A stretch of DNA of 32,000 nucleotides. Source: Dehalococcoidia bacterium. Its GTDB lineage: Bacteria > Chloroflexota > Dehalococcoidia > Lucifugimonadales > JADFKI01. The position numbers were made by a program, and so were the translations under genes. Numbering within the stretch: position 1 is the first letter of the stretch; the number at the start of each line of letters is the position of its first letter. The notes beneath the pieces were generated by a model. It was not told where the DNA came from, did no database searches, and was given only the letters and a program-made list of their open reading frames with translations. Location: positions 774,765 through 806,764 of the forward strand of contig OZ244863.1 of the NCBI GenBank assembly GCA_965221045.1, given 5' to 3'. Positions 14,651 to 23,498 of the stretch are shown piece after piece.

Positions 14651-15592
14651 ATGTGGCGCTACACACTGGTTCGCATCTTGTCCGCCATACCCGTCATCGC
14701 CGTTGTCGGAGTCATCACCTTCTCCATCATCCACATCGCTCCAGGCGATCCTGCTGCGATAATCGGCGGCGACGAAGCCACCGTGGAAGACTTGGAGCGC
14801 ATCCGCCAGGAGCTTGGCACCGACCAGCCGATACACGTTCAGTTCGTCAGGTGGGTCGGTCGTCTAGCGCAAGGGGACCTTGGCACTTCCATATTCTCGA
14901 GGAAGTCGATAACCTCCCTGATGGCGCCTCGCCTACAGCCGACGCTTTCACTGGGCATCCAAGTGATAGCCCTTTCCACATTGCTGGGCATATCGATAGG
15001 CGTCATATCGGCGTGGAAAGCGGGGACGATCGTAGATCGGGGCTTCATGTTCTTCGCCGTGCTGGGCTTTTCCGCGCCCGGCTTCTGGCTGGCGTTCATC
15101 CTGATATGGGTCTTTGCGGTGAACTTGGGGTGGTTCCCCGCGCTCGGATATCGACCCATTGGTGACGGACTCTTCTCGCACGTCCACAGCATGTTCCTGC
15201 CGGTTGCCGTCAACAGCATACTGTCGTCGGCATTCATATCGAGAATCACGCGCTCGGCGATGCTGGACGTGCTTCGTGAAGACTTTGTGAGGACGGCGCG
15301 CGCAAAGGGGCTGCGCGAGATGGCGGTGTACATGCGCCACGCATTCCGGCCCGCGTCCATACCGGTCGTCACGGTCATAGGCGCATCGCTGGCAAGCCTC
15401 GCCACAGGCTTCGTGGTAACCGAGTCTATCTTTGCCATACCGGGACTGGGTAGAATGCTGATAGAAGCAATCATAAGGCGGGACTTCCCCATAATCCAGG
15501 CGATGATGATGGTAGTGGCGACCGCCTATGTGCTGATAAATCTTGTCATCGACATCGGGTACGCCTACCTCGACCCGAGGATACGCTACTAA
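14651..15592 (+). CDS. ABC transporter permease (DppB/OppB-like)
   Basis: MWRYTLVRILSAIPVIAVV is a typical N-terminus. The EAA-like loop is FVRTARAKGL. ATG 14651 is preferred over track GTG 14639 because GGAG lies 13 nt upstream. Confidence 0.9.
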   Translation: MWRYTLVRILSAIPVIAVVGVITFSIIHIAPGDPAAIIGGDEATVEDLERIRQELGTDQPIHVQFVRWVGRLAQGDLGTSIFSRKSITSLMAPRLQPTLSLGIQVIALSTLLGISIGVISAWKAGTIVDRGFMFFAVLGFSAPGFWLAFILIWVFAVNLGWFPALGYRPIGDGLFSHVHSMFLPVAVNSILSSAFISRITRSAMLDVLREDFVRTARAKGLREMAVYMRHAFRPASIPVVTVIGASLASLATGFVVTESIFAIPGLGRMLIEAIIRRDFPIIQAMMMVVATAYVLINLVIDIGYAYLDPRIRY

Positions 15593-16494
15593 TGGCAACT
15601 CAGCAGGAACAGCCATCCATAAGGCTTGCGCCGAGCCCTGGCGCGCGCGTTCGCCGCTTCTTCGACGCGTTCATTATTATCACGCGCAGTAATCCCAATG
15701 TGTTGATTGGCGTGGTGATACTGACGGCGATACTGCTGATGACCGTGTTCTCCCCCATCATCGTGCGCTCGGACTACACGCAGACCACGACCGATCTGAG
15801 GCTTCCCCCATCGTCGGAGCACTGGTTCGGCACCGACGCATTCGGAAGGGATGTGTTCGACAGGGTGATAGCGGGGAGCAGGGTTTCGCTCTATGTGGGA
15901 TTTGCCGTAACCTTCATATCCGTAGTTCTCGGACTTGTCATTGCGCTGTTCGCAGGGTATTTCCGACTGCTCGACCATATCCTGATGCGCTTCGTAGACG
16001 GGCTGCTCGCATTTCCCACGATACTGCTCGCGCTGGCGCTCATAGCGCTGCTGGGCGGGAGCGTCAACAATGTCATCATCGCGCTGTCGGTGACGGGCAC
16101 GGCGAGCAAGGTGCGCCTAGTCAGGGGTCAGGTGCTGAGTTTGCGCGAGGAGCAGTTCGTGGAGGCGGCGCGGGCAATCGGCGCTCCGGTGTGGCGCATA
16201 CTGTTCCTGCACATCGCGCCGAACACCATTGGGATCGTGCTCGTGCAGGCGACATTTACGCTGGCCACGGCGATTCTTGCTGAAGCGAGCCTGAGCTTCC
16301 TCGGAGCGGGGGTGCCGGAGTTCATACCTACATGGGGGAATATCGTTGCGACCGGGAAGGGCTATGTGCAGGTCGCCTTCTGGATATCCTTCTTCCCCGG
16401 CGTATTCCTTACGCTGACGGTGCTGGCGGTCGTGCTCATAGGCGACGCCTTGCGGGATTATCTTGACCCCAAGCTCAGGGGGCAGTTCCTCTAG
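15592..16494 (+). CDS. ABC transporter permease (DppC/OppC-like)
   Basis: 300 aa. HWFGTDAFGRDVF and FVEAARAIGA are present. The ATG directly abuts the upstream TAA. Confidence 0.9.
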   Translation: MATQQEQPSIRLAPSPGARVRRFFDAFIIITRSNPNVLIGVVILTAILLMTVFSPIIVRSDYTQTTTDLRLPPSSEHWFGTDAFGRDVFDRVIAGSRVSLYVGFAVTFISVVLGLVIALFAGYFRLLDHILMRFVDGLLAFPTILLALALIALLGGSVNNVIIALSVTGTASKVRLVRGQVLSLREEQFVEAARAIGAPVWRILFLHIAPNTIGIVLVQATFTLATAILAEASLSFLGAGVPEFIPTWGNIVATGKGYVQVAFWISFFPGVFLTLTVLAVVLIGDALRDYLDPKLRGQFL

Positions 16495-17198
16495 GCAAAC
16501 TTCAGGGCACGATCGGGCCCGACACCTGCGATTTCAAGGGCGTCAGGGCTGCTCCACTCGACAGCGAGTCCGAATTCGCCGCCGAATGCCCGTGCGACGG
16601 CGGGCATTACGTCTGACACCGCGATTTCCTGACCAAGTTCTTGCGCCATAGAGGTTACACGTGCGCCGGGCATGCCGCAGGGCACGATGTGGTCGAAGAA
16701 CGAGATGTCGGGGCAGACATTGAGCGCAAATCCGTGCATGGTGACGCTACGGCTCACGCGCACGCCGATGGCTGCGATCTTCGCATCGCCGACCCAGACG
16801 CCTGTGGGCTTGCCTTCGCTGTGCGCGGCGATACCGAATTCAGAAAGCGTGCCGATTAGAACCTGTTCCAGCGTCTCTATATACTTGCGAACGCCGCCAC
16901 CCCAACGACGCAGGTTGACGATTGGGTAGCCGACAAGCTGACCGGGACCGTGGTATGTCGTCTCGCCGCCCCTGTCTGTGAAGTGCGTCTCAACGCCGAG
17001 TTGTGTGAGCGCTTCATCGGAAGCGAGGATGTGCGACTGCTGTCCCCTGCGTCCGAGCGTATAGACGTGGGGATGCTCCAGCAGCAGCAGCAGATCAGGG
17101 AGTTCGCCGGCTACTACCTGAGCGTGCAGGCGACGCTGTAAGTCGTAAGCGGCTTGGTAGCCTAGTAAGCCCAAGGGAATGGCGAGACAGGTGTTCAT
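16491..17198 (-). CDS. lipB: Octanoyltransferase (lipoyl(octanoyl) transferase)
   Basis: 235 aa with LLLEHPHVYTLGRRG, TDRGGETTYHGPGQLVGYPI and KIAAIGVRVSRSVTMHGFALNV. Confidence 0.9.
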   Translation of the reverse strand: MNTCLAIPLGLLGYQAAYDLQRRLHAQVVAGELPDLLLLLEHPHVYTLGRRGQQSHILASDEALTQLGVETHFTDRGGETTYHGPGQLVGYPIVNLRRWGGGVRKYIETLEQVLIGTLSEFGIAAHSEGKPTGVWVGDAKIAAIGVRVSRSVTMHGFALNVCPDISFFDHIVPCGMPGARVTSMAQELGQEIAVSDVMPAVARAFGGEFGLAVEWSSPDALEIAGVGPDRALKFA

Positions 17199-17210
17199 GC
17201 GGCGGCGCGC

Positions 17211-18539
17211 CTAGTAGATACCTGTGTCATCGCAGATTGCCTCAAGGCGGCGCTTAACAGCATTGGAGAATGCGGAGGCTTCCGCGCCGTCCATAATGCG
17301 GTGGTCAAATGTGAGGCAGATGTTCATCAGGGAACGGATGCCGATGGCGTCGCCGATGACGACGGGGCGCTTCACAACCGCCTCCGTCGTGAGGATTGCC
17401 GCCTGCGGGTGGTTGATGATGGGCTGCGACGCGATTGAACCCAGCGCGCCCGTGTTATTCAGGGTGAAGGTGCCACCTTGCACATCTTCGACGGCAAGCC
17501 TGCCCTGCCGAGCGCGGGCAGTCAGGTCGGAGGCGCGCACCGCGATGCCCGCGACACTGAGCGTGTCGGTGTAGCGCAGCACGGGCACGACAAGTCCGTC
17601 AGGAGCGGCAACCGCAATGCCTATATTGATGCGCTTCTTCAGGATAATGGCGTCATCTGCCCAGGACGAATTGAGCAGGGGATTTTCTCGCAGCGACTCT
17701 GCCACAGCCTTTATTACGAAGTGCAAGTATGTGAGGTTGACGCCCTCTCGCCGCTGGAAGTCGTCTCTCAGCGCCTCGCGCCGCCGCACAAGTCCGCTCA
17801 CATCAACTTCAGTGATAGACCACGCTGCGGGAATTTGGGATGCGCTGCGCTTCATGTTGGCGGCGATCATTCGGCGCACGGGGGACAGCGGCAGGCGCTC
17901 TTCGTCGGCGCTAACCGATACGGTCGAAACCCTAGGCGCAGAGGCGGCAGGCGCTTCAAGGACTGTGGACTGAGCCTGAGCTTCGGTGTATGCAAGCACA
18001 TCCTTGCGCGTGATACGCCCGCTGATGCCAGTGCCCTGCACTTGCGAGAGGTCAATGCCGTGTTCGTCAGCGAGACGCTGGACTGCGGGCGAGTAGCGCC
18101 TTCGCTGACGGCTGCGCCCTGACTGTTCTGACGCCGCCGTATCCTGCGTGGCAGGAATTACGACATTCCCTGCGCCTGTCGGACCTACGGGCGCCACGTC
18201 CTTAAGCAGTACGCCGGTGCGGTCGATGTTTTGCGGTTCCTCGGCGGGAGCGGCAGGTGTGGTGTTGTTCGGGGTGGGAGACTCTACGGCGTCTTCTGTC
18301 TGTATCGAGGCAATGGGTGCGCCCATTGGGATCGTCTGCCCCTCTTTAGCGAGAAGCTCGGTGATGACGCCTGCGACAGGCGAGGGCACTTCCATGCTCA
18401 CCTTGTCGGTGAGCACCTCGACGAGCGGGTCGTACCTGTCCACATGGTCACCCACGCCCTTTAGCCATTGGACGATAGTGCCCTCGGTGACGGACTCGCC
18501 AACCTGCGGCAGCTCTATTATCGTGGCATTGCCAGTCAT
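17211..18539 (-). CDS. Dihydrolipoamide acyltransferase, E2 component of a 2-oxoacid (pyruvate/branched-chain) dehydrogenase complex
   Basis: Single lipoyl domain (VEVLTDKVSMEVPSP), subunit-binding domain (YSPAVQRLADEHGIDLSQVQGTGISGRITRKDV) and catalytic DHRIMDG. Confidence 0.9.
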   Translation of the reverse strand: MTGNATIIELPQVGESVTEGTIVQWLKGVGDHVDRYDPLVEVLTDKVSMEVPSPVAGVITELLAKEGQTIPMGAPIASIQTEDAVESPTPNNTTPAAPAEEPQNIDRTGVLLKDVAPVGPTGAGNVVIPATQDTAASEQSGRSRQRRRYSPAVQRLADEHGIDLSQVQGTGISGRITRKDVLAYTEAQAQSTVLEAPAASAPRVSTVSVSADEERLPLSPVRRMIAANMKRSASQIPAAWSITEVDVSGLVRRREALRDDFQRREGVNLTYLHFVIKAVAESLRENPLLNSSWADDAIILKKRINIGIAVAAPDGLVVPVLRYTDTLSVAGIAVRASDLTARARQGRLAVEDVQGGTFTLNNTGALGSIASQPIINHPQAAILTTEAVVKRPVVIGDAIGIRSLMNICLTFDHRIMDGAEASAFSNAVKRRLEAICDDTGIY

Positions 18540-18551
18540 AGCGTCACCTAA

Positions 18552-19535
18552 CTAATACGCCGCCAAGTTGCGTATGGCATTCGCAATCTTGTCCGAGTCG
18601 AGCATATAGAGCGCCTCTAAGGGCGGACTGAAGGGCATTGCGGGCACTTCGGGACCGGCTAGACGCCTGACGGGGGCGTCGAGGTACTCGAAGGCGTCCT
18701 CGGCAATTGTGGCGGCGACTTCGCCACCGATACCGCCTACCTTGTTGTCCTCGTGTACCACCAGCGCCTTACCCGTTTTCATCGCCGACTCCAGCACGGC
18801 CTCCGTATCCAGAGGGCGCAGGGTTCGCAGGTCAACAACTTCTACGCTGATACCCTCGCCCTGCAGCGTCTGCGCCGCTTCGAGGCAGTGATGCACCATC
18901 AGTCCGTATGTAAACACCGACACATCATCGCCCTCGCGCTTTACATCCGCCTTGCCGATCGGAATCGTGTATTCGCCGTCGGGTACTTCGCCGCGCACGA
19001 GCCTGTATGTGCGCTTGTGCTCCAGGAACACCACAGGGTTGTCATCGCGAATCGCGCTCTTGAGAAGGCCCTTTGCATCGTAGGGTGTAGAGGGCGTTAT
19101 GACTTTCAGACCGGGAGCGTGGCAGAAGTAGGCTTCTGCGGATTGCGAGTGGTACAGCGCACCGCGCACGCCGCCGCCTTCCGGTGCGCGAAGCACAAGG
19201 GGCACACTCAGCTTGCCATTGCTGCCATAGCGCGCCCGCGCCGCCTCTCCGACAATCTGATTGAACACAGGCCAGATGAAGTCTGCGAACTGTATTTCGG
19301 CGATGGGACGCATGCCGTGCATCGCGGCACCCAAAGCCATGCCCGCGATGGAAGATTCAGCGATGGGCGTATCAATCACGCGCTCCTCGCCGAACTGGTC
19401 AACGAAGCCGTCAGTTGCGAGGAATACACCGCCTCGAATGCCGACATCCTCGCCGAGCACGAAGACACGCTCGTCGCGCACCATCTCTTCGCGCATCGCC
19501 TCGCGCACCGCTTCGAGTACGTTCATCACTGCCAC
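18552..19535 (-). CDS. 2-oxoacid dehydrogenase E1 component, beta subunit
   Basis: 327 aa. It carries GEDVGIRGGVFLATDGFVDQFGEERVIDTPIAESSIAG and a transketolase-like C-terminal domain. Confidence 0.9.
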   Translation of the reverse strand: MAVMNVLEAVREAMREEMVRDERVFVLGEDVGIRGGVFLATDGFVDQFGEERVIDTPIAESSIAGMALGAAMHGMRPIAEIQFADFIWPVFNQIVGEAARARYGSNGKLSVPLVLRAPEGGGVRGALYHSQSAEAYFCHAPGLKVITPSTPYDAKGLLKSAIRDDNPVVFLEHKRTYRLVRGEVPDGEYTIPIGKADVKREGDDVSVFTYGLMVHHCLEAAQTLQGEGISVEVVDLRTLRPLDTEAVLESAMKTGKALVVHEDNKVGGIGGEVAATIAEDAFEYLDAPVRRLAGPEVPAMPFSPPLEALYMLDSDKIANAIRNLAAY

Positions 19536-19572
19536 AGGGGTTTATCTCCTCTTACTTGGCGAATCGCGCCAA

Positions 19573-20562
19573 TCAGCCCGCATACACATGCTCATAGAAG
19601 TCGTCGGTCTCGGGGTATTCCGCCGCTTCAACGAAGTCGGTTACGGTGTTCACTTCCGCGCGCGCCTCGGAATAGATACGCTCGCTGACGGCGTTGTCGA
19701 GAATACCCATTGCCATCAGTCGTTCTCCGAAGAGCTTGAGCGGATCGCGCAGCCGCGCCTCTTCGATTTCTTCGCGCGGTCGATAGCGAGTGTCGTCGTC
19801 GTCGCTGGTGTGCGGCAAGTAGCGCTCTACCTGCGCCTCGATGAGCGTGGGGCCGCCGCCGTTGCGCGCGCGGGTGGCGGCCTCCGACACCGCTTCATAG
19901 ACGGCAACCACATCGCAGCCGTCAATCGAAATGCCGGGCATTCCATAGCCCTCCGCGCGGCTTGCCACGCTGTCCACTGCCATCTGTCGACGCTGCGGCA
20001 CCGATGTCGCGTACTTGTTGTTCTCGCACATGAATATCACGGGCAAGCGGTGTATTGCCGCGAAGTTCATCGCCTCATGCGTGTCGCCGAAGCTCGATGC
20101 GCCGTCGCCGAAGTAAGCGATGACAATCCCGTCCTCGCGCCGCATCCGAATCGCGAGCGCCGCTCCTACTGCCTGCGGCAACTGAGTGGCGATTACATTC
20201 GACAGGTTGATGAGCCCAAGCTCAGGATACGCGCCGTGCGTGGGAAACTGCCTAGCGCCGCTCAGCGGCTCGCCCACCTTCGCGGTGAAGCCCAGCATGA
20301 TTTCGCGCGGCGTCATGCCCAGTGTCAGCATCACGGCAAGGTCGCGGTAGTAGATATAGAACTGGTCCGTGCCGCGCCGCAGGGCGTACACGCTGCCAAT
20401 CTGCGCCGCCTCGTGACCTTGCGAGGACGCCATGATAGCCGCCTTGCCCTGGCGATTCAGCATCCAGATGCGCTCGTCCAGCGTGCGTGAGAGCACCATC
20501 TTGCCGTATATCTCTAGCAGAGTGCTTTCGTCCAGAGTCTTGGCATCTACCGCATTCGCCAT
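19573..20562 (-). CDS. 2-oxoacid dehydrogenase E1 component, alpha subunit (TPP-dependent)
   Basis: 329 aa with the TPP-binding block GDGASSFGDTHEAMNFAAIHRLPVIFMCENN. Confidence 0.9.
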   Translation of the reverse strand: MANAVDAKTLDESTLLEIYGKMVLSRTLDERIWMLNRQGKAAIMASSQGHEAAQIGSVYALRRGTDQFYIYYRDLAVMLTLGMTPREIMLGFTAKVGEPLSGARQFPTHGAYPELGLINLSNVIATQLPQAVGAALAIRMRREDGIVIAYFGDGASSFGDTHEAMNFAAIHRLPVIFMCENNKYATSVPQRRQMAVDSVASRAEGYGMPGISIDGCDVVAVYEAVSEAATRARNGGGPTLIEAQVERYLPHTSDDDDTRYRPREEIEEARLRDPLKLFGERLMAMGILDNAVSERIYSEARAEVNTVTDFVEAAEYPETDDFYEHVYAG

Positions 20563-20731
20563 TGTTCACATCCACAGAGTTTCTTGCGATGTCGCTTTAA
20601 GCCTCAATTATAAGAGTCGCCGCACCAGCGCGTCAAAAGCCGCCGGTTCTCACACTGCCTGTCCGGCGCATCAGGTTAGTCTATAATAAGACGCATCGCA
20701 AACCAGAATCATTCCGACGAAAGAGTATGCT

Positions 20732-21805
20732 ATGAAATTTGCTCTCATCACTCACCTCCCCTGGCCCGAGGATACGGACGCGCGCGGCGTCGTGGAGCAG
20801 ACGACGGAGGACATAATTCTCGGCGAGGAGCTTGGCTTTTATAGCGCGTGGCTCGCGGAGCACCACTTCACGCGCTACGGGATCGGCTCATCGGCGCTCG
20901 TGTTCGCCAGCGCGATTGCGGCGCGTACCAGCAGGATTCGGCTCGGAACGGCTGTGCTCGTGCCGCCACTTCATAATCCCATACGGCTTGCCGAGGATAC
21001 GGCTACGCTTGACCTAATCAGCAACGGTCGGCTCGATGTTGGCTTCGGACGCGGCGCGTCAAGGAGCGAGTTCACGCCCTACGGCGTTGACCACAGCGAC
21101 ACGCAGGCGAGTTTTCAGGAATCGGTCAACATGATTCGGGGAATGTGGACTACGCCGGAGTACACGCACGAAGGCAACCATTACAGCGTTCATCAGGCGA
21201 ACCTCGTGCCGCCGCCGGTGCAGCAGCCGCACCCGCCTATCTATGTCGCTGCAACGCGCACGCCGGAGACGCTGGAGTTCGCTGTGAAGAACGGCTTCCC
21301 AACGATGATTGGCTTGACGGTTGACACAGCACCCGCGATTGAACTTTGCCATCGCTATGAGGCGATGTCAGCCGAGGCAGGGCAGAATGTCACCGCAGCC
21401 GACATCCCTTTCTTCCGCTACTGTTACCTCGCGGAGACGGAGGAGCAGGCGCGCGAGGACGCATACAAATCGCTGAATTGGGTTATCGACCTGCTGCAAT
21501 GGCGCGGGACGCTCAACGGCGCAAGCGAGGCAAGCAACAGCATCGAAGACTGGCGCAGGGCGCGCGGCAACCCATCTCTAACCTTTGACCACGTAGCGGA
21601 GCATCGTTCCATCATCGGGACGCCGGAGCAGTGCGTGGCGAAGATAAAGGCGATGCAAGCGCAGGGCATCGAGTATTTCGGCTGCAATTTCGCATTCGGC
21701 GGCATGCCGCGCGACAAGGTGAGCGCGAGTAGCGTCCGTGTTGCCACTGCCACTCCCCCGCTCTGCCACTATAATTCGCCCCATGCTCACGACCAGCAAC
21801 AATAA
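20732..21805 (+). CDS. LLM-class (luciferase-like) flavin-dependent oxidoreductase
   Basis: 357 aa. MKFALI...LGFYSAWLAEHHFTRYGIGSSALVFASAIAARTSRIRLGTAVLVPPLHNPIRLAEDTATLDLISNGRLDVGFGRG is the classic LLM N-terminal half. Confidence 0.85.
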   Translation: MKFALITHLPWPEDTDARGVVEQTTEDIILGEELGFYSAWLAEHHFTRYGIGSSALVFASAIAARTSRIRLGTAVLVPPLHNPIRLAEDTATLDLISNGRLDVGFGRGASRSEFTPYGVDHSDTQASFQESVNMIRGMWTTPEYTHEGNHYSVHQANLVPPPVQQPHPPIYVAATRTPETLEFAVKNGFPTMIGLTVDTAPAIELCHRYEAMSAEAGQNVTAADIPFFRYCYLAETEEQAREDAYKSLNWVIDLLQWRGTLNGASEASNSIEDWRRARGNPSLTFDHVAEHRSIIGTPEQCVAKIKAMQAQGIEYFGCNFAFGGMPRDKVSASSVRVATATPPLCHYNSPHAHDQQQ

Positions 21806-21835
21806 CAATGCAACAATGCACGAAAGGATACTGCT

Positions 21836-23008
21836 ATGGCGCTGCCCGACCGAATGAAGTTCGGCATATTCCTCGGCCCATTCCACCGCGTAGGGGAGAA
21901 TCCCACTCTCGCCATTGACCGCGATCTTGAGCTTATCCAGTGGCTTGACTACCTCGGCTATGACGAGGCATGGATCGGCGAGCACCACAGCGCGGGCTGG
22001 GAGATCATATCCTCGCCTGAGATATTCATGGCAGTCGCCGCCGACCGCACGAAGCACATCAAGCTCGGCACGGGCGTCGTCAGCCTCCCATATCACCACC
22101 CGTTCAATGTCGCAAACCGCATGGTGCAGATCGACCACATGAGCCACGGGCGCGTGATGTTCGGCGTGGGACCGGGCGCGCTTCCGGGTGACGCCTACAT
22201 GATGGGCATCGAAGCAACGACTCAGCGCGAGAAGATGGACGAGGCGTTCGGCATCATTTTGCGCCTGTTCACGGAGACAGAACCTATTACCTACAAGTCC
22301 GACTGGTTCGAGTTGAACGAGGCGATGCTGCAAATTCGCCCTTTCCAGCACCCGCACATGCCAGTTGCAGTGGCATCCGTACAATCGCCGTCCGGTGTCG
22401 CACTCGCCGGCAAGTACGGTGCGGCCGTGCTGACCATCACCGTGCCGAGAGACCCGACAAGCAGCGATAGGGGCAACCTCAACGACCTGTGGACGATTGC
22501 CGAGGATTCGGCGGCGGAGCACGGTCAGACCGTTGACCGCAACGACTGGCGGCTCGTCGTTCCGACCCATCTTGCGGAGACACGCCAGCAGGCGCGTGAC
22601 GAAGCGCGTATGGGTGCCGGTTACTTCCTGCGCGAGTACACGGAGGCCACCAACGGGCGCAAGTCGGGCTTCGAAGGTCCGATAGACAAGGTCATCGACC
22701 ACATGGCGGACAGCGGCGCATGGATTATCGGCACGCCCGACGACTGCATCGAGGCAATCCACAGGCTGGACGACCTTAGCGGCGGCTTCGGCGGCTTCAT
22801 GGTGCAGACGATTGACTGGGCGCCTCGCGACCGCATGCTCCACAGCTACGAACTGCTCGCCCGCTATGTGATGCCCCACTTCCAGGGCAGCGCAATCGCT
22901 ACAAAGGCATCTCAGGACTGGGCAGCCGCGCGCCAGGATGAACTTGTAAGAGGCAGGGTAGCGGCCATTGACCGTGCCCAGCAGGCGTACGCCACCCGCA
23001 ACAACTAA
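21836..23008 (+). CDS. LLM-class flavin-dependent oxidoreductase (second, divergent copy)
   Basis: 390 aa with MKFGIFLGPFH...GYDEAWIGEHHSAGWEIISSPEIFMAVAADRTKHIKLGTGVVSLPYHHPFNVANRMVQIDHMSHGRVMFGVGPG. AAAGGA lies 8 nt upstream. Confidence 0.85.
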   Translation: MALPDRMKFGIFLGPFHRVGENPTLAIDRDLELIQWLDYLGYDEAWIGEHHSAGWEIISSPEIFMAVAADRTKHIKLGTGVVSLPYHHPFNVANRMVQIDHMSHGRVMFGVGPGALPGDAYMMGIEATTQREKMDEAFGIILRLFTETEPITYKSDWFELNEAMLQIRPFQHPHMPVAVASVQSPSGVALAGKYGAAVLTITVPRDPTSSDRGNLNDLWTIAEDSAAEHGQTVDRNDWRLVVPTHLAETRQQARDEARMGAGYFLREYTEATNGRKSGFEGPIDKVIDHMADSGAWIIGTPDDCIEAIHRLDDLSGGFGGFMVQTIDWAPRDRMLHSYELLARYVMPHFQGSAIATKASQDWAAARQDELVRGRVAAIDRAQQAYATRNN

Positions 23009-23019
23009 CGCTTAAGGTT

Positions 23020-23047
23020 CCTTCCCCCCTTGATGGAGGAAGGCTAG
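23020..23047 (+). repeat. Short stem-loop repeat, copy B (partner at 2043-2068, opposite strand)
   Basis: In ccttccccccttgatggaggaaggctag, ccttcc (23020-23025) pairs with ggaagg (23038-23043). It lies 12 nt after the LLM stop. Confidence 0.5.
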
Positions 23048-23104
23048 GGTGGGGGTGGAATTCCCCTCATTCCTGTTCACACCTGTTCGCCCTCGGACAA
23101 AGAC

Positions 23105-23458
23105 TTGCCAGACCTCATTAGCTTCGACATAGACGGCACTCTCGAATTCGGCGAGCCGCGCGGCAGCATCACGATGGACTTCGTGCGAGCCGTGCAGCGA
23201 AAGGGTTGCATCATCGGCAGCTGCTCTGATCGTCCACTCAGCTACCAGCAGACGATGTGGCAGAAGCACGAAGTAGTCACCGATTTCACCGCGCTCAAGC
23301 AGAATCTTGACGATGTGAAGGCACGCTTCAAAGCTGAATCATACATCCATATCGGCGACACGGATGTGGACGAGTTCTTCGCAGGCAAGGCGGGCTTTTT
23401 GTTCATCAAAGTGGACACGAAAGTCTGGCGGGAGTGGAGTAAGACTTTGCTTCAGTAG
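23105..23458 (+). CDS. Minimal HAD-superfamily hydrolase-like protein (117 aa, TTG start)
   Basis: It has motif I FDIDGTL at residues 7-13, GSCSDR (motif II-like) and GDTDVD (motif IV-like). There is no cap domain. The start codon assignment is uncertain. Confidence 0.55.
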   Translation: MPDLISFDIDGTLEFGEPRGSITMDFVRAVQRKGCIIGSCSDRPLSYQQTMWQKHEVVTDFTALKQNLDDVKARFKAESYIHIGDTDVDEFFAGKAGFLFIKVDTKVWREWSKTLLQ

Positions 23459-23498
23459 GTTAAACTTACATTTGCATGCATGTGAGCAGGGACAAGTA

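Noticed and set aside
18753-20490. 311-aa and 409-aa plus-strand ORFs (18753..19688, 19261..20490)
   Set aside because: They are antisense to the E1-alpha and E1-beta genes, which have unmistakable TPP and transketolase motifs. The products are Arg/His-rich and low-complexity-like. Shadow ORFs.
21700-21835. Frameshift at the 3' end of the first LLM gene
   Set aside because: Both alternative frames hit stop codons within a few codons (TGA at about 21720, TAG at about 21730). No frameshifted continuation resembling the family C-terminus exists.
21578-22879. 433-aa ORF on the minus strand, the longest non-annotated ORF in the track
   Set aside because: It lies entirely antisense to the well-supported LLM oxidoreductase genes. 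Its Arg/Ala/His/Val-rich composition has no recognisable motif. It is a typical shadow ORF of GC-rich coding DNA.
23364-23498. N-terminal extension of rph (track start 23364)
   Set aside because: It overlaps the HAD-like gene in another frame. RNase PH homologs begin at MTRPDGR, which is ATG 23499.
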